Part shown: one piece after another, positions 1-10,000 of the stretch | Numbering within the stretch: the first letter of the stretch is position 1 | Layout of the letters: each line of letters begins with the position of its first letter | NCBI GenBank assembly: GCA_963692915.1 | Contig: OY843584.1 | Location: forward strand, 631,186-663,185 | Direction of reading: 5' to 3' | DNA length: 32,000 nt | DNA from: Cenarchaeum sp. | GTDB taxonomy: Archaea; Thermoproteota; Nitrososphaeria; Nitrososphaerales; Nitrosopumilaceae | Notes under the pieces: model-generated | Database searches by the model: none | Told to the model about the DNA's origin: nothing | Seen by the model: the letters and a program-made list of their open reading frames with translations, nothing else | Position numbers and translations under genes: made by a program

Positions 1-2000
1 ACAGGGGAATCACCATAGTGCAGGCAAACGTCACGCTCGCATACGCAAAGGACGGCGAGGAGTATGTCATAAACATGATAGACACGCCCGGCCACGTCGA
101 CTTTAGCGGGAGGGTCATACGCAGCCTGCGCGCAATAGACGGGGCCGTCGTCGTCTGCGACGCAGTCGAGGGCATAATGACGCAGACCGAGACGGTGACG
201 CGCATGGCCCTCGAGGAGCGTGTGCGCCCTGTCCTCTATATCAACAAGATCGACCGCCTCATAAAGGAGCTCCGCCTCACGCCCGAAAAGATGCAAGAGA
301 CGCTTGCCAACGTTGTGAAAAACTTTAACTCGCTAATCGACACGTATGCCGAGCCCGAGTACCGCGAAAAGTGGAAGGTGTCAATACAGGACGGGAGCGT
401 CTCGTTTGGCTCCGCAAAGGACCGCTGGGGGTTCAACATTGACATAATGAAGGAAAAGGGCGCCTCCTTCAAGGACATCTATGCCGCATATGACACCGAC
501 GGCAGCGTCGAGGCCCTCGCCGAGCGCGTCCCGATAGCCGATGCGATCCTCGGCATGGTCGTAAAGCACCACCCTCCCCCGCATGTGGCACAGGCGTACC
601 GCGTGCCAAAGATATGGAAGGGCGACCTTGACTCCGAAATTGGCCGCGCAATCGTGAACTGTGACGAGTCCGGCCCCACTGTGATGATGATAGTCAACAT
701 GGCCCTGGATCCAGCGGCCGGTCCGGTGGCCATCGGGCGCCTCTTTTCCGGGACGATAAAGGACGGCGACACCGTGAACATCATTGACACAAAGCGCGAG
801 GGCCGCGTCCAGTCCGTCAACTTTTTCATGGGAAACCAGCGCGAGCAGGTCGGCAGCCTCGGCGCGGGCAACATACCGGCCCTCCTGGGCCTCACCGAGG
901 TCAGGGCAGGCCAGACGCTCTCGAGCATAAAGGGCATAAACGTCTTTGAGGGAATAAAGTACGTTTCTGAGCCCGTCGTGCAGATCGCCATAGAGCCAAA
1001 GCACCCAAAGGACCTTCCGCGCCTAGTCGACGTGCTAAAGCGCCTGACTATCGAGGACCCAAACCTCGTGGTAAAGATAAACGAGGAGAGCGGCGAGACG
1101 ATAATCGCCGGAATGGGCGTTTTGCACCTGGATATCGCGACGACGCTAATAGCCGAGAACAAGGTCGACATCATCACCTCGCCGCCGCTCATCAACTATA
1201 GGGAGACGGTGAGGGGCGCGTGCGACGCCATAATGTCAAAGTCGCCCAACAGGCACAACAAGATATTCATGAGAGTCGAGCCCCTCGAGGATGCCGTTGC
1301 CGACCGCATCCGTGACGGGACGCTCTCGGAGATGAAGGACAAGAAAGAGGTCGCAAGGATGCTGCGCGAGCTCGGCTGGGAGCCAGACGTCGCAAAGAGC
1401 GTCATGCGCTTTGACCCGCGCGGAAACGTCATGATAAACGCGACAAAGGGGGTTCAGTTCATCCAAGAGTCCACTGACTCGATACTCTCGGGCTTTGATG
1501 ACGTGATGAAGGAGGGGCCTGTTGCGCGCGAACAGGTCCGCAACTGCAAGTTTGTCTTTACGCACTTTGTGCCCCACGAGGACCCCGCGCACCGCGGCCT
1601 CGCGCAGCTTGGGCCGGCATCACGGCGCGCGTGCATGGGTGCTGCACTGATGGCCAACCCGACGCTCCTCGAGCCGGTTCTTGCGATCGAGGTTCGCGTT
1701 CCGCAGGACATGATAGGCAACGTCGCCACGGTCATATCGGGCAGGCGCGGAAAGGTCCTTGACACGCAGCAAAAGGGCGTGATTAGCATAGTGACCGGCG
1801 AGCTTCCGGCATCCGAGACGTTTGACCTATCAGAGGCCATGAGGGGCCAGACTGCCGGCAGGGCGATGTGGAACACGCACTTCAAGGCGTGGTCAGAGGC
1901 CCCAAAGTCGATCCAGTCCCAGGTCGTCGCAGACATTCGCAAGCGAAAGGGCCTTGCCCCCGACCCGCCAAAGCCCGGCGAGTTTGTCGACAGAGAGTGA
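1..2000 (+). CDS. fusA: Translation elongation factor 2 (aEF-2), 5' end cut by the window edge
   Basis: The frame is open from nt 3, and the RGITI switch-I motif precedes the listed GTG at 18. It is followed by DTPGHVDF (G3), NKIDR (G4) and the C-terminal HEDPAHRG loop that carries the diphthamide histidine in archaeal/eukaryotic EF-2. Stop TGA at 1998-2000. Family motifs were recognised by eye. Confidence 0.95.
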   Translation, partial: RGITIVQANVTLAYAKDGEEYVINMIDTPGHVDFSGRVIRSLRAIDGAVVVCDAVEGIMTQTETVTRMALEERVRPVLYINKIDRLIKELRLTPEKMQETLANVVKNFNSLIDTYAEPEYREKWKVSIQDGSVSFGSAKDRWGFNIDIMKEKGASFKDIYAAYDTDGSVEALAERVPIADAILGMVVKHHPPPHVAQAYRVPKIWKGDLDSEIGRAIVNCDESGPTVMMIVNMALDPAAGPVAIGRLFSGTIKDGDTVNIIDTKREGRVQSVNFFMGNQREQVGSLGAGNIPALLGLTEVRAGQTLSSIKGINVFEGIKYVSEPVVQIAIEPKHPKDLPRLVDVLKRLTIEDPNLVVKINEESGETIIAGMGVLHLDIATTLIAENKVDIITSPPLINYRETVRGACDAIMSKSPNRHNKIFMRVEPLEDAVADRIRDGTLSEMKDKKEVARMLRELGWEPDVAKSVMRFDPRGNVMINATKGVQFIQESTDSILSGFDDVMKEGPVAREQVRNCKFVFTHFVPHEDPAHRGLAQLGPASRRACMGAALMANPTLLEPVLAIEVRVPQDMIGNVATVISGRRGKVLDTQQKGVISIVTGELPASETFDLSEAMRGQTAGRAMWNTHFKAWSEAPKSIQSQVVADIRKRKGLAPDPPKPGEFVDRE

Positions 2001-2005
2001 GGCCC

Positions 2006-3796
2006 CTAGCCCAGCACGCCGCCAAGTACATCCATGTACGAGGAGGGCACATACCTGCGCATCCTCTGGACCAGGTCGCGCGCGCCGGCATCAAGAATGT
2101 ACGTGACGGCATGGTCATCGGCGCTGCGAACCGAGCGGCCCATGCCCTGCAGCAGCTTTGTGAGCGCGGTGTACCTGTACCAGATGTCGTCCTTTTTCAT
2201 CTTTGCCATGGTCCGCCTGTCGCCAAGCGACAGGTATGGCGTCTTTATGATGATCTGAAACCTCGAGAGATCGTCCTTTAGGTCGACGCCATACCAGAGC
2301 GACGGCGAGACCAGGACGCTGGGATCGCCGTCCTGCCCGTGCTCGGCCAGCGTCTGCTCGCGCTCCTGTCCGGAGTCGTTGTGGAGTATGCGGAGGCGCG
2401 CGGCCTCGGCAGCCCCCAGCTCGGAGCGGACGTGCGCGGCAATGGCGTCGCAATGGTCCTTGCGCGAGGTCAGTATGAGCCCCTTTTCTCCGGCGTGGTT
2501 TCTGAGTATGCTCGCAACGGTCGCATAGACTGCGCCATAGTCATCCTCAGTAGATCTCGCGTTTAGCCTGCGCACGTCCATAAAGCGAACCGTGCGGCTC
2601 TGCGCCGGAAACGGCGAGCGCTCGATCTCTATGAACGCGCAGTCCTCCTCCTCAAGGCCCATCGTCTTGCAGAATATCTCCCTGTGGACAGTCGCGCTCA
2701 TGTAGAGCTGGCGGTCCATGTCAAAGAATCTGCGCGCGTGGGCGCCCACCTCTAGGGGCTTTATCGAGATTCCGCCGCTCTCAGTTGGCTGCACTATCAT
2801 GTTCTCTGGCGCGCCGTCAAGCTCGTGGCGTATGGCATCAAGGTCATCTCGCCTTCGCCGGTACCTTGCGACCATGGAATCCTGCCGGTCGCCGACCGCA
2901 TCGCCCTTTCCGGACTCTTCCATCTCGGCGACTGCCTCGTGGTACACGTCAGCGACGTGCTCGACCATCTTTGTCACGCCATCAACATCATCAGTGTCAT
3001 AGTCTGACATGCGCAGGTTCACATCAGAGAGGTGCGAGCGGTATATGTCCATGCCGATCATGTCTATGAGCTGGTCCTCTATCTCATGGGCCTCATCGGC
3101 AATGATGGACCGGCGCTTTAGCATGTCTGCGGCCCCGGATGGCGGGTACTTGCGAGTCAAAAAATACGCCGCATAGTTGAACACCGTGTGCGACGCGTTG
3201 AGCGCAATGTATTTTTGGTCATAATAGTGGCACTTTTGGCCCTCGGTGAGCGCCTTTATCGACTCGGCCTCTGTCCCGCGGCCGTCGACTGCATACTGTG
3301 TGGGCATTGGCTTGTGCTCACAGTAGACTGTCCGCTTGCGCCCTCCGGCGGCGACCTCCCTCCACGAGCAGTTTGCGCGCGAGCACGACAGCGCGTCATC
3401 GCCGCGGGCCGCATCAGTGCCTGTGCCTGCCTGCTCGCAGAGGACGAGGCACGGAAAGTTGGACTTGCCCTTTAGCGGCCGCAGCCACGCAAAGTCCCCC
3501 GTGTACTGGTCCTGCAGGACCTTTTGCGCCGTGAGCGTGTGCGATGAGCCCGTCGCGCGCGCAAACGCCATGGCTATGTGGCTCTTGCCTATTCCGGTCG
3601 GCGCGCAGAGTATGATGTGCCTAAACCCCGAGGAGAGCGCGTCGTCTATGCGGCCCATAATCTCAGACTGCACGGCACGCGGCTCATAGGCAGAGGGAAA
3701 GCTGTCGACTAGGGAAGCCACATGAGAGGACACGATGGCGTGCGCGTGTGCGGCTCCTTTTAATCCATTGGGGTTATGCCAGGGGGTGCCCTGCAC
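2006..3796 (-). CDS. XPD/Rad3/DinG-family SF2 DNA helicase with Cys-rich (putative 4Fe-4S) insert
   Basis: 596-aa ORF. Walker A CAPTGIGKS (nt 3581-3607) and DEAH within ADEAHEIED (DEAH = 3086-3097). Six Cys lie between them (NFPCLVLC, CSRANC, VYCEH, KCHYY), as in the Fe-S insert of XPD/DinG. The C-terminal block SPSLWYGVDL...QGMGRSVRSADDHAVTYILD resembles Helicase_C_2 motifs V/VI. An in-frame GTG at 3733 sits 24-30 nt downstream of a TATA-like TTAAAAG, so the true start may be 3733. Confidence 0.8.
   Translation of the reverse strand: MQGTPWHNPNGLKGAAHAHAIVSSHVASLVDSFPSAYEPRAVQSEIMGRIDDALSSGFRHIILCAPTGIGKSHIAMAFARATGSSHTLTAQKVLQDQYTGDFAWLRPLKGKSNFPCLVLCEQAGTGTDAARGDDALSCSRANCSWREVAAGGRKRTVYCEHKPMPTQYAVDGRGTEAESIKALTEGQKCHYYDQKYIALNASHTVFNYAAYFLTRKYPPSGAADMLKRRSIIADEAHEIEDQLIDMIGMDIYRSHLSDVNLRMSDYDTDDVDGVTKMVEHVADVYHEAVAEMEESGKGDAVGDRQDSMVARYRRRRDDLDAIRHELDGAPENMIVQPTESGGISIKPLEVGAHARRFFDMDRQLYMSATVHREIFCKTMGLEEEDCAFIEIERSPFPAQSRTVRFMDVRRLNARSTEDDYGAVYATVASILRNHAGEKGLILTSRKDHCDAIAAHVRSELGAAEAARLRILHNDSGQEREQTLAEHGQDGDPSVLVSPSLWYGVDLKDDLSRFQIIIKTPYLSLGDRRTMAKMKKDDIWYRYTALTKLLQGMGRSVRSADDHAVTYILDAGARDLVQRMRRYVPSSYMDVLGGVLG
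3757..3763 (-). promoter_or_regulatory. TATA-like box (TTAAAAG on minus strand) for the helicase gene
   Basis: AT-rich heptamer in a GC-rich spacer, 24-30 nt upstream of the in-frame GTG at 3733. The spacing matches other genes in this window (pgk, giant genes, radical SAM). Confidence 0.35.
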
Positions 3797-4000
3797 AAAA
3801 GGTGGGAGCGGGCAAGATGGCCTGCCGGGCGCAGATCAGTGGGGCTCACCAAAGGCCGGCAGGTCCGGCAGGCTGCCAAAACACACGCTTTGTGGCCTCC
3901 GGCACCCTGCGGGAAAGCCCCTTTTGCCCCATGGCGCACACTTGTGGACGGGGCATCCTTGTTCACAATACTTAACATCAACCCGGCCCAACTCTAGACC

Positions 4001-6949
4001 ATGTCCCCATGGACCGAGCAGAACCGGCTCGGCAGGCCGGTGCGCAAGTTCGTCAATGGCGTGCCCGATCCGCGCTACTGGCAGGCCGGCCTTTACGCGA
4101 ACGCCACGGTGCGGCCGACGCGCAATGCCCCCAACGTCTTTGAAATCTCGCCGGTCAGCGATCGCGAGTCAGTAATCCTCCCCTCGGCCTCGACGCGCTC
4201 GCTGGAGATCGTAAAGGATCCCGGCAGCGGGGGGATTCGCCTCCTCGCCTCGGCCTCGCCGGAGGACTCGTCATATCCGGCCGAGACCGGCCATGAATGC
4301 GCCAGGGTGGGTGCGGCAGCACCCGAGTGGGTGCGCGATCCGGCCGCGCGCGCCTTTGACGTCGAGCTTGCATCACAGCTAAACTTTGCGCCAGTCTCTG
4401 CACCGCCCAACATGCAAAACACGCTGGCGCGCACCATGGCCCCCAGGACAGGTGAGGGCATATGGGTGCAGGCAGTCTTTGAGAGCCAGACAGGCATCCT
4501 CGCGCGCCATGCGCTCGACGCGCACAGGGCCATACGGCGCGCGCATGGCGCAGACGGCAGCACCGGAATCATCGCGCGCACCCTTGAGCCCCACTATGCG
4601 TCAAGGGCCACCCTGCCGCTAGTCGCCCTCTCGATCAGGGGGGCGTTCCTCTCTGACTCGCCTGAAGCAACGCTTGCCGCACTGGGCGCCGCCTTTGGAT
4701 CCGTCTCCGTGGAGGGAGACTCGCTCAGCGCGCACATGTATGACATTGCGCCGCTCCTTGACTGGCTCGAGTCGCGACAGCTCGCCTCAGACGGCGCATA
4801 CGACATACTGGGGCACAACTGCGCAATGTGGAAAGACTCGAGGCTCGGCTTTGGGCGCGACATGTCCCCCGTCCTCGTGGCCACGCACCCCGAGCTCTCC
4901 GCGCTCCTGCGCATTCCCGACGACCCCGCACTGGAGATCAGGTACATGCGGCGCAGGCGCGGCGGCGCAGAAGAGGTCGTGCTTGGCCATGACCTTGCGT
5001 CAGCTGACTATGCGCGCCTCACAGAGTCGCCGGCCTCGATATCCCCGGAGCACATGGAGTCCCACACGTATCTCCTGGGCGCAACGGGCACGGGCAAGAC
5101 GTCCCTCATGAGGTCGCTTGCGCTGCACCTCTGCACGCCAAAGGGCAACGGCTACGACAGGGCCGTGATAATAGTGGACGTAAAGGACGACGACGCGCTG
5201 TCGTACCTCACGCAGCTCGACGCCGAGACACTCGACTCGGGCCGCGTGACATACATTGACATGAACCGCACCGAGTATGCGATAAACCCCCTCGAGCTGC
5301 CGCCCCATGACGAGTCCTCGCGGGACATGGTCGTCTCGCGCAAGATAGGCCAGGTCTCCTCGCTCCTAAAGGAGGTCTATTCGCAGCAGGCCGTCATGGT
5401 CCAGGTCGAGCGCCTCATCAGGCTCCTCCTCGCGCACCTCTACTCGCAAACGCCCTCGCCGACGATGGCCGACCTGTACGGCATCATCACGACGAGCCTG
5501 AATGACCCGACTGCAGCGGCGCGGCGCATGGCGACGGCCTCGCCGGACCTCTCGCAGGCGTTCGCCTCGCTCTCGAGGCTGCCGCGGGACTCGTGGACGC
5601 CGCTCATCAACAGGATCGAGCCGTTTGCCATCGACGCGTACATGAAAAAGAGGTTCTCGGCGCGCCATGGGACAGTCGACTTTGCAAGGATGCTCGAGCC
5701 CGGCCAGATCACGATATTTCGCGCGTCTGAGGCCGAGACGCCCTCGCACGTGCACGCCATCATGCCCACGCTCATAGCGCTCGAGATATGGAACGCGCTC
5801 CTCTCACGGGCCGAGGCCGGCGGGAAGCGCACGCCTGTCACGCTGTTCCTTGACGAGTTTCACATGATGCGCGACGTCACGCTGCTAAAGTCGATGCTCT
5901 CGCGCGGGCGCTCCCTCGGCCTGGGCCTCGTGCTTGCGCACCAGAACCTCTCGCAGGTGGATCGCCCGATGCTTGACATGGTGCTCGGCAACACCTCGAC
6001 GCACATACACGGCAGGGCAGTCGGGGGAGACGCGCGCACGATAGCCAACGCGATAGACCCCGCACACGCCGCCGAGATCATCGACCAGATCAGCGGCCTG
6101 CCAAACCATTCGTTTCTGATCAGCCGCGTCCCGCCAAAGGGCGCCGAGCGCGCCCCGCCGGTGCGCTTTGTGGCGCACGCCCCGCCGCCGCGCGTGACTG
6201 ATGACGCGCACCTCGCGATGTTCCTCAAAAGGATGTCTGACACACACCGGCCTGATGACGGCGCAGGATCAATCCCGCATGACGCGTGGAAGGCAGAGCT
6301 GTCAGTCCTCCTGCCTGCCCGGCTATGGTGGCACATCATCGTGGCGATGCGCGACGGCGGCTCTAGTGTCACGCAGCTCGCCGAGAGCGCCGCTGTCGTG
6401 GGCCTCATCAAAATGCGCTACGAGATCTCCTCGGCGCTCACCTCGATGGTGCATGACAGGCTCGTGAAGAGGATCTCGGATCGCCGGAGCGGGACCGTGG
6501 CGCACCCGACGCACGCGCTCACCGACCTTGCCAGGGAGACGTACCTGCCCTGCTCATTTGGCGCGATCGGCCGTGCCAGGGGAGTCGAGGAGGCCGCGTG
6601 CGCGGCCTTTGAGCACAATGTGGCCAAAGGCCGCTTTGCGGCCATCGCCGCGCAGGGGCGCACGATTGGCTCGTTGAACTCTGTTGACATGATCGCGTAT
6701 GACTATGAGCGCGACTGCGCGCGCAGCGTCGAGGTCGAGTCGGCAGCCGAGGTGAGCAGCCATCCCGAGCACGTCATACACAACATGTCAAAGTGGGAGG
6801 CCATGGGGTTTGTTGGCTGCGACACGTGGTCTGACTCACCGGCGGTGCTGCGCCTGCGCGAAAAGGTTCCCGAGCCTGTCCGCTCGGCAGTCAGGTGCTT
6901 TGTCCTGCAGGACGGCAAGTGGGTGTGCCATGGCGGCACGGGCAAGTGA
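4001..6949 (+). CDS. Large multidomain P-loop ATPase, VirD4/TraG (T4CP)- or HerA/FtsK-like core, with unknown N-terminal region and wHTH plus degenerate PD-(D/E)xK-like C-terminus
   Basis: 982-aa ORF. Walker A GATGTGKT (nt 5078-5101) and Walker B TLFLDEFH (LFLDEF = 5843-5860). RSLGLGLVLAHQNLSQV, YAINPLE and IIVDVKDD blocks resemble coupling-protein/DUF87-type ATPases. Residues 1-350 carry no motif I recognise. Residues ~775-850 look like a winged helix (IIVAMRDGGSSVTQLAESAAV...LVKRISDRRSGTVAHPTHALTDLARE). Residues ~865-945 follow an E...D...ExK-like pattern (FEH...VDMIAYD...VEVES) with the Lys position occupied by Glu. Confidence 0.7.
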   Translation: MSPWTEQNRLGRPVRKFVNGVPDPRYWQAGLYANATVRPTRNAPNVFEISPVSDRESVILPSASTRSLEIVKDPGSGGIRLLASASPEDSSYPAETGHECARVGAAAPEWVRDPAARAFDVELASQLNFAPVSAPPNMQNTLARTMAPRTGEGIWVQAVFESQTGILARHALDAHRAIRRAHGADGSTGIIARTLEPHYASRATLPLVALSIRGAFLSDSPEATLAALGAAFGSVSVEGDSLSAHMYDIAPLLDWLESRQLASDGAYDILGHNCAMWKDSRLGFGRDMSPVLVATHPELSALLRIPDDPALEIRYMRRRRGGAEEVVLGHDLASADYARLTESPASISPEHMESHTYLLGATGTGKTSLMRSLALHLCTPKGNGYDRAVIIVDVKDDDALSYLTQLDAETLDSGRVTYIDMNRTEYAINPLELPPHDESSRDMVVSRKIGQVSSLLKEVYSQQAVMVQVERLIRLLLAHLYSQTPSPTMADLYGIITTSLNDPTAAARRMATASPDLSQAFASLSRLPRDSWTPLINRIEPFAIDAYMKKRFSARHGTVDFARMLEPGQITIFRASEAETPSHVHAIMPTLIALEIWNALLSRAEAGGKRTPVTLFLDEFHMMRDVTLLKSMLSRGRSLGLGLVLAHQNLSQVDRPMLDMVLGNTSTHIHGRAVGGDARTIANAIDPAHAAEIIDQISGLPNHSFLISRVPPKGAERAPPVRFVAHAPPPRVTDDAHLAMFLKRMSDTHRPDDGAGSIPHDAWKAELSVLLPARLWWHIIVAMRDGGSSVTQLAESAAVVGLIKMRYEISSALTSMVHDRLVKRISDRRSGTVAHPTHALTDLARETYLPCSFGAIGRARGVEEAACAAFEHNVAKGRFAAIAAQGRTIGSLNSVDMIAYDYERDCARSVEVESAAEVSSHPEHVIHNMSKWEAMGFVGCDTWSDSPAVLRLREKVPEPVRSAVRCFVLQDGKWVCHGGTGK

Positions 6950-7033
6950 TGTCGGCCAAGAGCAATATTTCCACGTGGCACACGCTTGCTATCTAATCAG
7001 GGCAATCATGACGCACACGCGCATGCCGCGCAG

Positions 7034-10000
7034 CTATTCCGGGGGCGGCGCCGGATACATCTCCAGGAGCGCAAGCTCGGCGAGGTTTATCTCGTGGGCG
7101 ATCTTTGCGCGGAGGCGCTCGAGGTACTCCTTTTGGTCCTCGGGCTCCGGGGAGGCGACATAGGCCGGCTCGGCAGCCGGCGCGGCCGGCGCAACTCCCA
7201 TGGCGCGCAGGTGCTCCTCGGCGATCGCGCGCTCGGACGCGATGAGCTCCGCAAAGCTGTCGGTGCCGCGCGCCCAGCCGTGCTGCGTCGCGCGATCCTC
7301 CTCGTACATCGACTCGTCGATCTCGTGGTACAGCGAGGCGAGGTTGCGCAGCGGCTCGTACGTGCCGGCCGGGGTGATGCGGTAGACGCGGTACTCGTCG
7401 TCGAGCATGTACGTCACGTGGCGCGTGTCATAGTCGTACGTCCCGTCGCCGTCGGCGTCAACGTTGCTGGCGATGAGCGGGTAGAGCACTAGCGCCCCGC
7501 CGTTGACCTCGATGCCGTGGCTCGGGTTTAGCGACTCGCCGGTCACGTGGACGCCGTGGTTGAAAAAGTTCTGCCACGAGTTGCGCCTCTCGTCCCAGAC
7601 GACCGTCGAGACGACGTCAAAGTTGAGGGGCTCGCGGAACGTGTGGTGTATCGTGACTATGCGGCACTCGGCCTCCGAGCCTGGCATGCACGCGCCGATC
7701 TCCGAGCTCGCGCGCAGCGTCTCGGCGTCTATCGTGTCGACTGCGCCGCCGACTGAGGCCGTCGCGTTGCCGTTGCCGTACGGCAGGCTCACCCTTATCT
7801 CGGCGCCCGACTCGCCAAAGTGCTGCCCGCGCCCCAGGCCAAAGGCCAGGCCGACGTGCCTGACGTTGAGCGGGCCCGTGTCCTCAAAGACCTTTATGAT
7901 CGCGACGTTCTCCACTCCGGTCTCCACGGTTATGAGCGGCATGGGCGTGTAATAGTACTCGGCGTCCACGGCCTCTCCGTTGTACGAGAACCCCTGGCTC
8001 ACGCGCCTCGTCCCCGTGGAGTCGACTCCCAGCGTCGGCGGCGTGCAGTCATCGCAGCCGTCCCCGCCGCCGCCGCCGCCGGATCCGGCCTGCGTGGCGC
8101 CAAAGCGCGTAAAGTGGTTTGTCCATATCACGAGATCCCCGCCATCGCGCACGCGGCACTCCCTGAGCTCGATGGCGCCAGAGCCAATACCTCTCGGCAC
8201 CCCAGAGTCATCAAACGATTCGCACTCGGGTATGGAGTGAACGGTGAGGGCGTCTGCGCCGGACAGCCAGAACGCGTGAGCCGCAGCGCCGGCACCGAGC
8301 AGCCTTATCGCCACGGGCCTGTCAAATGTCATCGGAGTCGCATCACCGCTCTTGCCGAACTCGACAAGTATCGCCGGCGGCCTGGAGGACAGAACCCTGG
8401 TCACTGCCTCGTTGGCCGCAGTCTCCTCGTCTGTCCCCTCCGCCGCGACATACTCGGTGCCGCGCGCCGGGGGCGGGAGTCGCGCGACGGCGATGGACTC
8501 GTCAGTGTCAACATCCCCAAAGTCCTCGACCACCGTTGACTGGCGTAATGTGACAGTCGCCCCGTCCACGTTCACCGTTATCGTTCCGGCCAGCGTGTCA
8601 CTGGGCAGCGAACTCAGGATGATCCTCGTGCTCTCGCCCAGCTCGCCTCTCTCCTCCCCTACAGCCTCGATTGTGTACTCGCCTGTGGCAGGCACGGTGA
8701 GCTCGAGCGCGCTAAGAGTGCCGCCAGCCTCGACCAGGGGCGCCTGCATGGTCGGCACGGGAACAAGCGGGTTACCGGCCCTGTCAGTCAGGCCCGATAT
8801 GCTGATTGTGAAGGGGCCAAAGTTCACGCGCGAGTGCACTTGTCTGATCGTGTGCGTGGCAGCTTCGGGGGCTATGGTAAGCGTGAAGGTATGGACCTGG
8901 CCGATTGAGCCACTCGACACTATACTGGCTACGCCGTGCACAGGCTCGGTGTATATTGTCAGCTGATGCGTGTTTCCCGGTGGGCGAAACACTTGGAGGA
9001 ACTCTGGAGGCACGGTGTCTATGACGGCGTTGCCGCCGGACGTAATGTCCGACTGGGTCAGTTCCACGTCAGTCGCGGGGTTTGCCCCCGTTGCGCGTAT
9101 GGTAAACTCGAATGGGGCGTTGTCGTCGGCGGCGTCCACCACGAACGAGTGTGACCACGTCCTGTCGTCGGTGTCGCCGGCGTTGCCCATCGCCGTCGGC
9201 GCGCTTGTCCTGTGCGTGCCCGGCACCGTTATCGTCGGTGCCGGCGACGTCACGATGTCCTCGCTGAACGTGACGTCGAGTGTGATCCTGTCACCGGCGT
9301 TTGCGTACTGGGAGTTTGGCCCCGTCCTGTCCGTGAACGAGCCGCTAGCCTCGTCTGCGACGGTCAGCGTGAGCGGGTACGCCGAGAGCGGCGCGTCATC
9401 CGCAATGTCGTTCGTTGCCGTGTTGGCCGCCAGGCCATTGGCTGCCGCAGACGTGTCAAGTATGTCCGACATCATGGAGGCAGGGACGTCATAGCCCAGC
9501 GCGGGCGGCGTGACGGTCGTGTCGCCTGTGCCCCAGCCGCTTGCGATCACGGTCGACTCGGCCAGCGTGAGCGTGAGCGTGCGCCCGACAAGCTCCGCTG
9601 TTCCAAAGTCTGTGCCCTCCGTGACGGCCGAGGCGAGCTCTGTTGCCGTGGGCAGTGCGGGCGGGGTCGTCGCCGTCGCATAGTGGTACCAGCGCGAGGC
9701 GTCCGGCCCGCCGGCGGCGGCCGTGACGTCCTCGTCAAACGTGACCTCTATTGACCTGGGCGAGACCGTCTTGGCCGTAAAGAGCGGCGGCAGGCCGTCA
9801 ATTGCCGTCGTGCGCCCCGCGATGGGCGTGCCGTCAGAGGCCAAGAGCACCGGCATTGTCTGGCCCGAGGCCGGCCTGTACGCGATGTGGGGGGTGGCAT
9901 CAGAGGCCTGCGCGTCATACCCGATGTAGAACGTGAGCGGCTCGGTGTCGGTGCCGGAGCAGATGCTGGTAATGTCAAACGGCGTGGCTGACACCGCCGC

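Noticed and set aside
236-1942. Minus-strand ORFs overlapping the EF-2 gene (60-238 aa)
   Set aside because: They are antisense to a strongly supported conserved gene, have no recognisable motifs, and show composition-driven open frames.
2001-2005. Only 5 bp separate the convergent stops of EF-2 and the helicase
   Set aside because: Tight convergent packing is common in compact archaeal genomes, and no specific structure is visible in 5 bp.
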